A stretch of 64,000 bases of DNA from an uncultured Clostridia bacterium. GTDB lineage: Bacteria > Bacillota > Clostridia > TANB77 > CAG-508. Below the pieces are notes generated by a model. It searched no databases and was not told the origin of the DNA. It saw nothing but the letters and a program-made list of their open reading frames with translations. Below are positions 47,356-57,590 of the stretch, piece by piece; position 1 is the first letter of the stretch; each line of letters begins with the position of its first letter. The DNA is taken from positions 97,049 to 161,048 of the forward strand of contig CAKOXK010000002.1 of NCBI GenBank assembly GCA_934130085.1, written 5' to 3'. A program made the translations under genes and the position numbers.

Positions 47356-48607
47356 TAATTAACTCCATTTCAGATACTAAATCTGATATATTTATTTGCT
47401 TTTTCTCTCCAGTTTGCATATTTTTTAATTCTACTTTATTAGATGCTATTTCATCATCACCTATTGTGATAATATATTTGGCCTTCTTCTTATCAGCATA
47501 CTTAAACTGAGCCTTTAAAGAACGTTCCATGATATCTTTTTCTGCATAAATATTACTTCTTCTTAACTCCTCAACTAGCTTTGTAGCATACTTATTTGCG
47601 CTCTCTCCAATATATGAGACAAACACATCAGGAGTCTTTTCAAGCTTCTCTTTTAACCCCTTATTAGCATTATCTAGAACTTGAATCAATCTCTCTTCAC
47701 CTGTAGCAAAACCAACCGCTGGAGTTTCTACTCCACCAAGCTCTTCAACTAAGCCATCATATCTACCACCACCTAAAACAGTTAAACCATCAATATCAGA
47801 TACAAACTCAAAAACTGTTTTAGTATAATAATCTAAACCTCTAACTATTGAAGAATCAATTTGATATTCAATATTTAAATCTCCTAAGCCCCTCTTAAAA
47901 TTCTCAAAATGCTCCTTACACTCATCACAAAGAAAATCTAAAATCTTTGGAGCACCCTCATTCAATCTCTTGCAACCTTCTTCCTTACAATCAAGAATTC
48001 TCATAGGATTCTTATCAAACCTTGTTTTACATGTATCACAATACTTATCAAGATTTGGTCTAATAAAATTTCTAAGAGCTTCTTGATACTCCTTTCTACA
48101 ATTTTTGCAACCAATTGAATTAATATTCAACGTAACATTACTAATATTCAATCTATCTAAAAACTGCTTTATCATTGAAATCATCTCAACATCAGCAAGA
48201 TAACTCTTACTTCCAATAAGTTCCGCACCTATTTGATGAAATTCTCTTTGTCTACCCTTTTGAACATTTTCGTATCTGTACATAGGCATTGTATAATATA
48301 ATTTCAAAGGTGAAGGTAAACTTGCCATACCATCTTCAATATACGCTCTTATAACACCTGCTGTGCCCTCAGGTCTAAGAGCAATACTTCTACCACCCTT
48401 ATCATTAAAAACATACATCTCTTTTTGAACTACATCAGTAGTCTCCCCAACACCTCTTTGAAATAAATCAGTACTTTCTATAACTGGAACCCTGATTTCA
48501 TTATAACCATAATTTTCAAATACAGTTTTTGCAGTATTTTCAACATATTGCCACTCTTTAACTTCATCAGGTAATATATCTTTAGTTCCTTTTAATCTTT
48601 GAATCAT
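47348..48607 (-). CDS. hisS: Histidine--tRNA ligase
   Basis: Start 'MIQRLKGTKDILP', motif 2 'YRYENVQKGRQREFHQIG', motif 3 'GGGRYDGL'. A Cys-rich insertion domain carries CxxC pairs. The track ORF extends upstream through MITE copy 4 and is trimmed to the canonical start. Confidence 0.85.
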   Translation of the reverse strand: MIQRLKGTKDILPDEVKEWQYVENTAKTVFENYGYNEIRVPVIESTDLFQRGVGETTDVVQKEMYVFNDKGGRSIALRPEGTAGVIRAYIEDGMASLPSPLKLYYTMPMYRYENVQKGRQREFHQIGAELIGSKSYLADVEMISMIKQFLDRLNISNVTLNINSIGCKNCRKEYQEALRNFIRPNLDKYCDTCKTRFDKNPMRILDCKEEGCKRLNEGAPKILDFLCDECKEHFENFKRGLGDLNIEYQIDSSIVRGLDYYTKTVFEFVSDIDGLTVLGGGRYDGLVEELGGVETPAVGFATGEERLIQVLDNANKGLKEKLEKTPDVFVSYIGESANKYATKLVEELRRSNIYAEKDIMERSLKAQFKYADKKKAKYIITIGDDEIASNKVELKNMQTGEKKQINISDLVSEMELINE

Positions 48608-48646
48608 AATATCTCCTTTCAAAAACAATTTAAATATTACAAATTT

Positions 48647-48778
48647 AATATTATGTTGTTTTTCGATGACTTGCTTACTGCAATCTTCGTTAGTCGACAT
48701 CAACTGTCGGAAGATTGCACCATTCGTGCTCGCTACGCTCACTTGATCGCTGCGCGTCATCTTAAACAATATAATGTT
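48647..48778. repeat. MITE/REP-like structured repeat, copy 4 (A orientation, hybrid variant)
   Basis: The TIR is 'aatattatgttg...caatataatgtt'. It carries the 'gcaatcttc/gaagattgc' stem variant otherwise seen in B-orientation copies. It lies immediately upstream of hisS. Confidence 0.8.
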
Positions 48779-48804
48779 AAATTTTCTTCACGGTTTCACA
48801 ATTT

Positions 48805-51006
48805 TTATTTTTTACGCTTAACATCATATACACTATCAATCTTTCCAAGTTCCCTCTGTGTTTTGGTCAAATCATTTATATTCTTAACTTCAATTGTCAT
48901 TTCAATTGTTGCAATCTTTTCTTTATTTGCTTTTGCTGAAACTGCAATCAATTTTGCAGATGATGTTGAAATTACATTTATTATATCCCCTAGCAAACCT
49001 TCTCTATCATTTGCAAATATTGTAATATCTACATTATATGAGGTATCTTTTTCAGTATCCCAATAACACTCTATTATTCTTCCTTCATCTTTTAACAAGT
49101 CTTTTACATTTTTGCAGTCTGTTCTATGTACTGTAACTCCTCTTCCTCTTGTTATATACCCAATTATATCATCGCCTTGAACTGGATTGCAGCATTTTGA
49201 TAATTTTATTAAGCAATTGTCTATTCCTTTAACAATTACTCCTGTTCTTGATGGTCTTCCATCATTCTTTTTCTCTTGTAGTTCCTCAATTTTTTCTTCT
49301 ACAACATTTTGCGTTTCTTTGTTGTATTTTCTGTATTCTTCTAATATTCTTGTTATTACTTTACCTGCTCCTATTGAGCCAAAGCCAACCGCTGCAAACA
49401 TATCATCAGATGTTTTGAAACTATATTTTTGAAATGCTGGTGCATAGTATTTTTCATTGAATAATTCATCATATTGCATTCCAATTCTTTTTATTTCTTT
49501 ATCAATTAGGTTTTTTCCTTTTTCAATATTCTCTTGTCTTTCTGTTTTCTTAAACCATTGTTGAATTTTAGTTTTAGCTTGTGTGCTTTTTACAAATTTA
49601 AGCCAATCTCTACTTGGTCCTTTGCTATTATCACTTGTTAATATTTCAACTATATCACCATTATTTAATTTTGTAATTATAGGCATCATTTTGCTATTGA
49701 TTTTTGCCCCTATCATTTTGTTTCCAATTTCAGCATGAATCATATAAGCAAAATCTATTGGTGTACTTCCTTTTGGTAATGTTTTTATTTCACCTTTTGG
49801 TGTAAATACATAAACTTCATCCTCAAAAAGCTCTGTTCTTAATGTTGCTAAGAACTCTTGTGGATCTTCAATATCTTTTTGCCACTCCAGGCTTTCTCTA
49901 AGCCAAGATAACTTGTCTTCTGTAACTACTACATTTTCCTTTTTTCCTCTTAAAAAACTTTGCTCCTTGTAAGCCCAATGTGCAGCAATACCATATTCGG
50001 CAATTCTGTGCATGTTATATGTACGAATTTGAACCTCAAATGGAGTTCCATTTTGTCCAATTAATGTGGTATGTAAAGATTGATACATATTAGGCTTTGG
50101 AACAGCTATATAATCTTTAAATCTACCAGGCATTGGAGTAAAAAGTTCATGCACAATACCAAGAGCTGCATAGCAATCTTTAACTGAATTTACTAGTATT
50201 CTAAGAGCAAATAAATCATAAATCTGATCTAGTGTTTTATTATCTCTTTGCATCTTTCTATAAATAGAATATAAATGCTTAGCCCTGCCTGTAACCTCCG
50301 CTACAATATGATTCTTTTTTAGTTGAGCTCTGATCTCATCCATAATCTCATCAATAAATTTAAGTCTCTGATCTCTCTTCTTATTAATTCCCTCAACAAT
50401 TTCTCTATAATCTTCAGGATATAAATATTTAAAAGATAAATCCTCAAGCTCCCATTTTAAAGAATACACTCCAAGTCTATTAGCAAGAGGAGCATAAAGC
50501 TCCAATGTTTCTTTAGCATTAGCAATCTGTCTATCTCTTGATAAATACCTCAAAGTTCTCATATTATGAAGTCTATCAGCTAATTTTATAAGAATAACAC
50601 GAATATCTTTGCCCATAGCAAGAAACATTTTTCTATAATTCTCAACTTGTTGCTCCTCAGCACTTACATAGTTAATCTTGCCAAGTTTAGTTACACCATT
50701 AACCATCTCGGCAATCTCTCTTGAAAACTCATTTGCAATGTCATCAATTGTAACATCAGTATCCTCTGCTAAATCATGCATTAAAGCAGCACAAATAGTT
50801 GCATCATCAAGCCCTAATGTTGATAAAATATATGCAACTTGAATAGGGTGAATTATATAAGGCTCTCCAGATTTTCTCTTCTGATCACCATGATGAGCGC
50901 AGGCATAATTATATGCTTTCTTAATGAGCTTTAAATCAGCCTTTTTATTATGTTTCTTAACCTCTTGCAAAACATCTTCAATTGTAACATCTTTAACCTC
51001 TGACAT
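48805..51006 (-). CDS. rel: Bifunctional (p)ppGpp synthetase/hydrolase Rel
   Basis: 733 aa with the HD domain 'HDLAEDT', the synthetase 'RAKHLYSIYRKM' region, and TGS and ACT domains. Confidence 0.92.
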   Translation of the reverse strand: MSEVKDVTIEDVLQEVKKHNKKADLKLIKKAYNYACAHHGDQKRKSGEPYIIHPIQVAYILSTLGLDDATICAALMHDLAEDTDVTIDDIANEFSREIAEMVNGVTKLGKINYVSAEEQQVENYRKMFLAMGKDIRVILIKLADRLHNMRTLRYLSRDRQIANAKETLELYAPLANRLGVYSLKWELEDLSFKYLYPEDYREIVEGINKKRDQRLKFIDEIMDEIRAQLKKNHIVAEVTGRAKHLYSIYRKMQRDNKTLDQIYDLFALRILVNSVKDCYAALGIVHELFTPMPGRFKDYIAVPKPNMYQSLHTTLIGQNGTPFEVQIRTYNMHRIAEYGIAAHWAYKEQSFLRGKKENVVVTEDKLSWLRESLEWQKDIEDPQEFLATLRTELFEDEVYVFTPKGEIKTLPKGSTPIDFAYMIHAEIGNKMIGAKINSKMMPIITKLNNGDIVEILTSDNSKGPSRDWLKFVKSTQAKTKIQQWFKKTERQENIEKGKNLIDKEIKRIGMQYDELFNEKYYAPAFQKYSFKTSDDMFAAVGFGSIGAGKVITRILEEYRKYNKETQNVVEEKIEELQEKKNDGRPSRTGVIVKGIDNCLIKLSKCCNPVQGDDIIGYITRGRGVTVHRTDCKNVKDLLKDEGRIIECYWDTEKDTSYNVDITIFANDREGLLGDIINVISTSSAKLIAVSAKANKEKIATIEMTIEVKNINDLTKTQRELGKIDSVYDVKRKK

Positions 51007-51041
51007 AACAAATCCTTTCTATATCCTTTCTATATATATTA

Positions 51042-51166
51042 AATATTATATTGTTTGAGAAATCCGCGCAGCGATCAAGCGTAGCGCGAATGGTGCAATC
51101 TTCCGAAAGTTAGTATTGACTAACGAAGATTGCAGCGAGCAAGGATTCGAAAAACAATATAATATT
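51042..51166. repeat. MITE/REP-like structured repeat, copy 5 (B orientation)
   Basis: It reads as the reverse complement of the A copies ('...ccgcgcagcgatcaagcgtagcgcgaatggtgcaatcttccg...cgaagattgcagcgagcaagg...'). A truncated half-copy follows at 51183-51240, overlapping the recJ 3' end. Confidence 0.85.
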
Positions 51167-51237
51167 TAATATTAATTAATTCATATTGTTTCGGAAAGCC
51201 GCGTAGCTTACATGCGAAGTGCGAATGGTGCAATCTT

Positions 51238-52986
51238 CTAATCCTCCACCGCTTTTCTCATATCCTTCAAACTTATCTGTACTTTTTCTGTATTGTTAAA
51301 CTTATTTATTTCTATATTTCCAACCACATCTACTCTATCCCCAATTTGGTAACATTTTGAGTATTCTCCCATGTTAAATCCTATTGCATCAAGGTTTATA
51401 TTATCATCTTGCAAATTAAGTTTTATATGTTTTCCTTCTGACAATGCCCTTATTGATGTGATTTTCAAATTTTTATATATAATATTTATTTTTTTGTTGC
51501 CTTCTCCATAAGGTTCTAATATTTCTAGTTCCTTAATTGAATCTATTCTTATATCATTTTTATCAATTTCTTTATCAATTTCAATTTCTTTTTGTAGCAT
51601 TTGGCTCGTTATGTGTTCTTCAGCATATTGTTCGAATTTTTGTTTGAATTCTTCAAATTTTGATGTTTCTAAACTTAAGCCTATTGCCATACTATGTCCA
51701 CCTGCATTTTCAAGCAAATCATTTAATTTTAAAAGTGCTTCATGTAAATCAAAACCTTTGATGCTTCTGCCTGAACCTCTTGAGTCTTTTCCCTCAAAAC
51801 ATACTAGTATACTTGGTTTGTAGTATTTTTCTGTGATTTTTGATGAAACTATTCCTATTATTCCATGATGCCATTTTTCTTTGCCTAGCACTATGCAAGG
51901 CTTGTCATTTTCATGGTTTAATGCTATTTCTTCTTCCGCCTCATTGAAAATTCTTTTTTCAATTGCTTGACGTTCTTTATTGTAGTCATCAAGTTTTTTT
52001 GCTAGCTTACGTGCTTTGATTATATCATTTGTTAAAAACAAATTAAGTGCATCTTCTTGGTGTCCCATTCTTCCGCATGCGTTGATTCTTGGTGATATTC
52101 CGAATGATATTGTTTCAGCATCTATTTTTTTAAATCCTGCTAATCTTAGAAGTTCTCTTAATCCGATGTTTTTGGTTTGGTTTACTAATAGTAAGCCAAG
52201 CTTTGCAATTGTTCTATTTTCATCAACTAATGGAACTATATCCGAAATTGTTCCTATGCAAGCTATATCAATGTATTTTAAGTATTCGTTTTCATTAATA
52301 TTTAATCTTTTTGCTAGTGCTTGTGTTAATTTAAATGCCACTCCGCATCCAGCCAATTCTCTAAATTCATATTGACTATCACTTCTCTTGCAATCAACAA
52401 CTGCAATTGCTTGTGGCAATTTTTCTCCTGGTTCATGGTGGTCTGTTATAATAACATCAATTTTAAGCTCTTTTGCCAGCTCTACCTCCTCAACTGATGT
52501 AATTCCACAATCAACTGTAATTATTAAATTATACCCTTCACTTGCAATTTTCTTGACCGCTTCTTTGTTTAAGCCATATCCCTCTGATAATCTATTTGGA
52601 ATATATACAGAAACATCAACCCCTAAATCTTCAAAGAATCTCTTTAAAATTGTTGAGCTTGTTATTCCGTCTGCATCATAATCACCATAAACTATGATTT
52701 TTTCTTTGTTGTCAATTGCTTTTATAATTCTATCAATACATTTTGGCATATCTGGCATTTGAAAAGGATCTCTGAAATCGCTTCTTTTTGGGTTTAAAAA
52801 TCTTTCGATTTCTTCATCAGATTTAAAGTTTTTTTTGGCTAATATTTCCGATGCTAAATCATGAAGTCCAAATTTTTCTTTTATATGTTCTTTTTCATTT
52901 ATTAATTTTTCTTGTTCTTCTTTTTCTTTCCAGATACTCTTCATAAAACTCCTTACGCTAATACTTTTACTTTGTAAAAAATGCAC
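51238..52986 (-). CDS. recJ: Single-stranded-DNA-specific exonuclease RecJ
   Basis: DHH motifs 'VYGDYDADGITS', 'VDCG', 'ITDHHEP', and a DHHA1 domain 'GGGHSMAIG'. The true start may be the internal Met near 52944. Confidence 0.9.
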   Translation of the reverse strand: MHFLQSKSISVRSFMKSIWKEKEEQEKLINEKEHIKEKFGLHDLASEILAKKNFKSDEEIERFLNPKRSDFRDPFQMPDMPKCIDRIIKAIDNKEKIIVYGDYDADGITSSTILKRFFEDLGVDVSVYIPNRLSEGYGLNKEAVKKIASEGYNLIITVDCGITSVEEVELAKELKIDVIITDHHEPGEKLPQAIAVVDCKRSDSQYEFRELAGCGVAFKLTQALAKRLNINENEYLKYIDIACIGTISDIVPLVDENRTIAKLGLLLVNQTKNIGLRELLRLAGFKKIDAETISFGISPRINACGRMGHQEDALNLFLTNDIIKARKLAKKLDDYNKERQAIEKRIFNEAEEEIALNHENDKPCIVLGKEKWHHGIIGIVSSKITEKYYKPSILVCFEGKDSRGSGRSIKGFDLHEALLKLNDLLENAGGHSMAIGLSLETSKFEEFKQKFEQYAEEHITSQMLQKEIEIDKEIDKNDIRIDSIKELEILEPYGEGNKKINIIYKNLKITSIRALSEGKHIKLNLQDDNINLDAIGFNMGEYSKCYQIGDRVDVVGNIEINKFNNTEKVQISLKDMRKAVED

Positions 52987-53235
52987 TTGTCATATTTATA
53001 AATGAATACAAAATTCCAACATAGTTTACATCCTTTTTATAGTATATTTTTCCGATAAAAAATAAATGTATTGCCAGTATTTTATACCTTTTCAGAGTAT
53101 TTGGCAATACACTTGTTCAAAAAAAGTTTCAAGTGAGTTACAAATGATTTTAGTCAATAACTATCTTCTACCTTTTCAATTCACATTAGAGTTTATTACA
53201 AAATTATTCATAATGAGCAACATTTGACTTTACTT

Positions 53236-53849
53236 AAAATAGATTCAAGGTATCATCTTCTGTTACCCCTTTTAGATTATAGTATGTTTCTGGTATGTCT
53301 CCTACTATTACTGATTCTGCTAGAAGCACTTCTGTTGTGACTTCATCATCTGTATCTTTATATGGGGTAATTACACTCATGTTGCAGTGTATATTTAAAT
53401 AAATTTTATGTAATGATTGATTTATTCCGAACTTCAGTAAGCTCAGATTTTACGCTGGTTTGAACAGCTCCCATTGTTGTAATTTTTACATGTATTTTGG
53501 GACCTCTACCTGCTAATATTTTGTTACCAGTTAAGCTTCCAAGACTTATGCTTACCGTGTCTTTCTCATTATTTTTTAGGTCTTGTTGCATTTTTAGAGC
53601 AATTTTTGATGATATGTTATTAACAGTTATTACATTTAAATTTAGCATTTTGATGTTTCCATCACTATCTTTTTCAATATTACACAAGTCCTCGTATTTT
53701 ACACCTTGCATTGCTTCCTTCATTGCTTCATTTGAGATTCTCTCAGCAAGTGATTTTGCAATTACTCTTGATTGCCTTTCCAACGTTGGATTTATTGAGT
53801 TTATAATTGTAATTGCTGTTATATATGCAATTACAATTACTACAAGCAT
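53236..53849 (-). pseudogene. Sporulation protein YunB-like, apparent frameshift near 53411-53440
   Basis: The N-terminal 147-aa ORF has a TM segment and 'IAKSLAERISNEAMKEAMQ...LNLNVITVNNISSKIALKMQQDL'. The C-terminal continuation 'FGINQSLHKIYLNIHCNMSVITPYKDTDDEV...GDIPETYYNLKGVTEDDT*' is open only in the +1 frame. Confidence 0.5.
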
Positions 53850-54018
53850 CAGATAAAATATTAGTCTTTTTTTATTTACAATACAACATTTTCTTCCGTA
53901 TGCCTCTGTTTTGATTTTGAAAGTTTGGTCTTACTATTTTAATTTTTGGAATTCTAAACCTTGAGTAGATTTTATCCATACACGCACTCCATTTTAGTTT
54001 TAACCATCTAATAATCTT

Positions 54019-55539
54019 TTAACTAATTATAAATAACTGCATGCCACTTTGTATTTTATCATCTTCCATATTATTTATTTCTTTTATATTGTTTACAGTA
54101 CTTCTAAAGTTCTTTGCAATATTCCAAAGTGTATCTCCATCCTTCGTGAAATAAATAACCATATTTGCTCTTTTTTTACTATCTTCTTTGCTTTCTTCAA
54201 TACTATCAATTAATCTGATATTTGTTATGTTTGTTGTACTTGCAATAAATACTATGTCTACTTTAAAATCTATCTCCCCTCCAGGAAGAATGTTATAATT
54301 TTCATTAATTACATATTGATTTAATGATACTCCAGTTTTGGGCGTTACATCTTTTGCGGCCATTTTGTACACAAATGGAATACTAACATTTTTTATTTTC
54401 ATAGATGTATTTTCCTCATTCGTAAGCATTATTGCAAATTCAGCATTTCCACTTATTGCAATGCTTCCATCTTCGTTTCTTATACTATTTGTTAATACAT
54501 TAGATTGAATATCAATTACTCTTTCATTTGTAATTCCAATATTTTGCTTCTCACTAAAATTAAATGTTGCTCTGTACTCACTCTTGCTTGAGATTGCAGT
54601 TATACTCTTCTGCTTAAAAGCAAGGTTTCTACTAGGACTATACAAATCTTCTATCACATTTATAGTTTTACTTTGATACGCTGTAACTTTTATTCCAATT
54701 TCAAAGTTAACTGATATACTATGGTCTTCGCGGTTTTGTGATGGTTTTAGTACCATATTTCTTATTTCAATCTCACTATGGCAAAAACTATCATCACTTA
54801 TATCTTTCATATCAACAAATCCCATAATAGGAAATGATTTTTTAATTATTCCCACTCTTCCATCTTCAGTTAGATATACTAATTTTAAATTTAAATCTGC
54901 CTTAGTTAAGACCTTATTATAACTTATTTTGTTTTCTGTTGATGAAAATGTGGTTGATACTTTCAAAATTTCTGCTAAATCATCTGAAGGATCAATCGAA
55001 ACTTTCTCATTTACACTTGTTTTTGTTTCTGCACTTCCTATTACAGATTTTACGCTTAAACTCTTCTCCATTTTTTGTATATCAGGTAATTTTACATTAT
55101 TTACATATTCCTCATTACTATTTGAAAATACCTTAACATTGTAACTTACACTAGCCTTGATACTTATTTTTCTTTCATTTATAATCTTGCAATCTATGCT
55201 TTGAAGAGTGACGATTGTTGATTCCATCATTTCACTTTTAGCACCATCAAGTTGAATTATCTCAGAAAAATCAAGCGTATGATTTATACTCCTTACAGAT
55301 TTTTTCTTATCTTCTTCACCATAGTACATAATATAAGCCTGAATAGATCCATCTACTCTAATTTTGCCGTCAGACAACTCTTTTTTGTAAATATTAATTA
55401 CTCCTGATGTTCCAACAATCTCTAGAATATCAGGCTTCACATCAGGAACAATACAATCAGAATCCACCGTATCTGTTAAACTCTTTTGTGCAATTATTTG
55501 ATTTATATTTAAACTGCCTTTTTCAAGCTCTATTGCCAT
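54019..55539 (-). CDS. SipL/SpoVID-like spore coat morphogenetic protein (DUF3794 repeats + C-terminal LysM)
   Basis: The C-terminal 'MVIYFTKDGDTLWNIAKNFRSTVNNIKEINNMEDDKIQSGMQLFI' is a LysM domain. The N-terminal ~450 aa resemble DUF3794/SPOCS. The start is placed at 'MAIELEKG'; the upstream ORF extension runs into MITE copy 6. Confidence 0.55.
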   Translation of the reverse strand: MAIELEKGSLNINQIIAQKSLTDTVDSDCIVPDVKPDILEIVGTSGVINIYKKELSDGKIRVDGSIQAYIMYYGEEDKKKSVRSINHTLDFSEIIQLDGAKSEMMESTIVTLQSIDCKIINERKISIKASVSYNVKVFSNSNEEYVNNVKLPDIQKMEKSLSVKSVIGSAETKTSVNEKVSIDPSDDLAEILKVSTTFSSTENKISYNKVLTKADLNLKLVYLTEDGRVGIIKKSFPIMGFVDMKDISDDSFCHSEIEIRNMVLKPSQNREDHSISVNFEIGIKVTAYQSKTINVIEDLYSPSRNLAFKQKSITAISSKSEYRATFNFSEKQNIGITNERVIDIQSNVLTNSIRNEDGSIAISGNAEFAIMLTNEENTSMKIKNVSIPFVYKMAAKDVTPKTGVSLNQYVINENYNILPGGEIDFKVDIVFIASTTNITNIRLIDSIEESKEDSKKRANMVIYFTKDGDTLWNIAKNFRSTVNNIKEINNMEDDKIQSGMQLFIIS

Positions 55540-55636
55540 ATTAAAAATCCTCCCACTAAGCTTTTTGTTTAATTTTATGATGGAGGGGTTCAATATATTC
55601 ATGAAATGCAGCAAAATTGATTAGAAAAAAAACTTT

Positions 55637-55761
55637 AATATTATATTGTTTAAGAAAGTCGCGCAGCGATCAAGCGAAGCGCGAATGGTGCAATCTTCCG
55701 AAAGTTAGTATTGACTAACGAAGATTGCAGCGAGCAAGGCTTCGAAAAACAATATAATATT
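55637..55761. repeat. MITE/REP-like structured repeat, copy 6 (B orientation)
   Basis: Near-identical to copy 5. Confidence 0.85.
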
Positions 55762-55933
55762 AAAGCTTTTTTAAATAATAAAGTTAATTTTCTCTTTTCA
55801 TATAAAACAAAAGGGCAAGTCATCTTAAAGAAAACCAAATTTAATACTTTTAGTTTTATTTAGAATGACTTGCTTTTTACGAAAGTTTTTGTATAAAACA
55901 TTTTTGCATTATAAATATTTATCATGTTTAGGT

Positions 55934-56233
55934 TTAAACAGATACCGCTCTTTCTCTTTTAACTTTTTCTGCTGGTGGTACTAGTGGGCTATAACCAGTG
56001 CCATCAAAAACATCGACTTCAACAGTTCTAGTTAAAACATCTTTGTATTGATATGAGACATTTCTTTCGTTCTCTTCATACTTAACCACAAAAATATTGG
56101 GATAAGCCTTCTCAATAGTAGCTTCTTTTTCAAACAACTTACTTCTTCCTAATGATCCTTTTACAATTATCTTTTGTCCGATTTTCTCTTTAATATTTGA
56201 CTGTAAATTTAAAATATCATCTTGGTAAATCAT
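55934..56233 (-). CDS. veg: Veg protein (DUF1021; biofilm/sporulation-associated)
   Basis: 99 aa. 'IKEKIGQKIIVKGSLGRSKLFEKEATIEKAYPNIFVVKYEENERNVSYQYKDVLTRTVE' matches the Veg consensus. Confidence 0.8.
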   Translation of the reverse strand: MIYQDDILNLQSNIKEKIGQKIIVKGSLGRSKLFEKEATIEKAYPNIFVVKYEENERNVSYQYKDVLTRTVEVDVFDGTGYSPLVPPAEKVKRERAVSV

Positions 56234-56390
56234 TTTATTTCACCTGCTTTTCTTAAGATGATTGTATGCTATCATTTTTTTGCTAAAAAGTCAAAGAGAA
56301 TTATGTCGAGTTGTGTCGTAACATGTTAAGTTTTAAAGGTTTAGCGCTTTTATTACAATTGCATTACATTGTGTATTTTTGAAATTTTTA

Positions 56391-57431
56391 TTATTTTATA
56401 TAAATATTGGGGTTAACGTACTCATCATCTTTAAGCATTTCAAAGTGTAAGTGCGCTCCATCTGCTGTTTCAAAAACTCCAGAGTTTCCAATCTTTCCAA
56501 TTACATCTCCTTGTTTTACTTCTTGATTTTCTTCAAGACCATCTCTTGTTCCAAGTAAGCACGAGTATACAGTTTTAAAACCATTTTTATGCTCAATTAT
56601 AATACTTGTACCATAACGTGGATCATTTTTAATTGATTTTATCGTGCCTGATTGTGTAGCTCTTACTTCTTGATACATCTCACCTTTTATATCAATTCCT
56701 CTATGAGTAATCCACTCTTGCAAAGTATCTGAATAAACTAGACTATCCATTGAATATGTCCTTATTATCTCTCCATTACAAGGTTTGATAAAGGAGTCGT
56801 CAGTTGAAGAACCTTCACCTGCATTGTCATTGGAATCTACATTTTTCTCTACCACAACATTTGCTTTCACACTTGCATTTACATTTACATTCGCATTTGC
56901 ATTTTCGATGTCATCATCTTCTAGTTCAAAATTTGATAGCTCATTTCCATCGTTATTATTATTCTCTTCGTTGTTTTCTGTAGAAGTTTGTTCAATATTT
57001 GTTTTCTCACTATTATCTGATAAGTTTGTTGAATTTTTGTTACTGTTTTTTCTCGAATTGCTACTTGCTTCATTACTATTTTCTTTAACGGCCTTTGAGC
57101 TACTTGTCTGTTTTGTTTCTTTGTTTAACTCGCTATCACTACTTGTATTATTTTCTTTTGCACCATCAGTTTTATTCGCATTCTTTTTTTCTTTCACCTC
57201 ATTTATATTTTTACTAATATCTGAACTTGCAATTTTAGTAATATTCGTTTCAGAATTTTCAATCCTTGCTAACCTATCAGCTTTTTCTTGTTTCATTGAA
57301 AGAAAAATTGCTATTGTAAGAAGCACTATCGAAATAAGAAAACCTAACATGCTCAACGCTTTTCTTTTTTGGCTAAAAATTTCGACTTTTTCTTGCTCTT
57401 TCTTACTGTCTTTTTTATTTACTTCACGCAT
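56391..57431 (-). CDS. Membrane-anchored M23 (LytM-type) peptidase with long low-complexity N/E/S-rich linker
   Basis: N-terminal TM 'LSMLGFLISIVLLTIAIFL', then a ~170-aa low-complexity region. The C-terminal 'GDVIGKIGNSGVFETADGAHLHFEM' carries an intact HxH. Confidence 0.8.
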   Translation of the reverse strand: MREVNKKDSKKEQEKVEIFSQKRKALSMLGFLISIVLLTIAIFLSMKQEKADRLARIENSETNITKIASSDISKNINEVKEKKNANKTDGAKENNTSSDSELNKETKQTSSSKAVKENSNEASSNSRKNSNKNSTNLSDNSEKTNIEQTSTENNEENNNNDGNELSNFELEDDDIENANANVNVNASVKANVVVEKNVDSNDNAGEGSSTDDSFIKPCNGEIIRTYSMDSLVYSDTLQEWITHRGIDIKGEMYQEVRATQSGTIKSIKNDPRYGTSIIIEHKNGFKTVYSCLLGTRDGLEENQEVKQGDVIGKIGNSGVFETADGAHLHFEMLKDDEYVNPNIYIK

Positions 57432-57590
57432 AGTAAATCCTCCTAAAAATTACTAATAAGATTATTACCAACTTTTAGGAGGTTATACAATTAATTAATT
57501 TTATTTCTAGACTTTTCCCTTATTTTGTATTAAAATAAAGACTATATTTTAAATATAAATTTTTAATAAAATGTAGAAAGTGAATGTATT

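Noticed and set aside
48608-48769. ORF-track N-terminal extensions of hisS (48608-48769), the SipL-like gene (55540-55614) and the YbaK-like gene (31166-31273)
   Set aside because: The extensions run through a MITE-like repeat (hisS, SipL-like) or overlap the pepE 3' end (YbaK-like). Canonical family N-termini begin at the internal Met codons.
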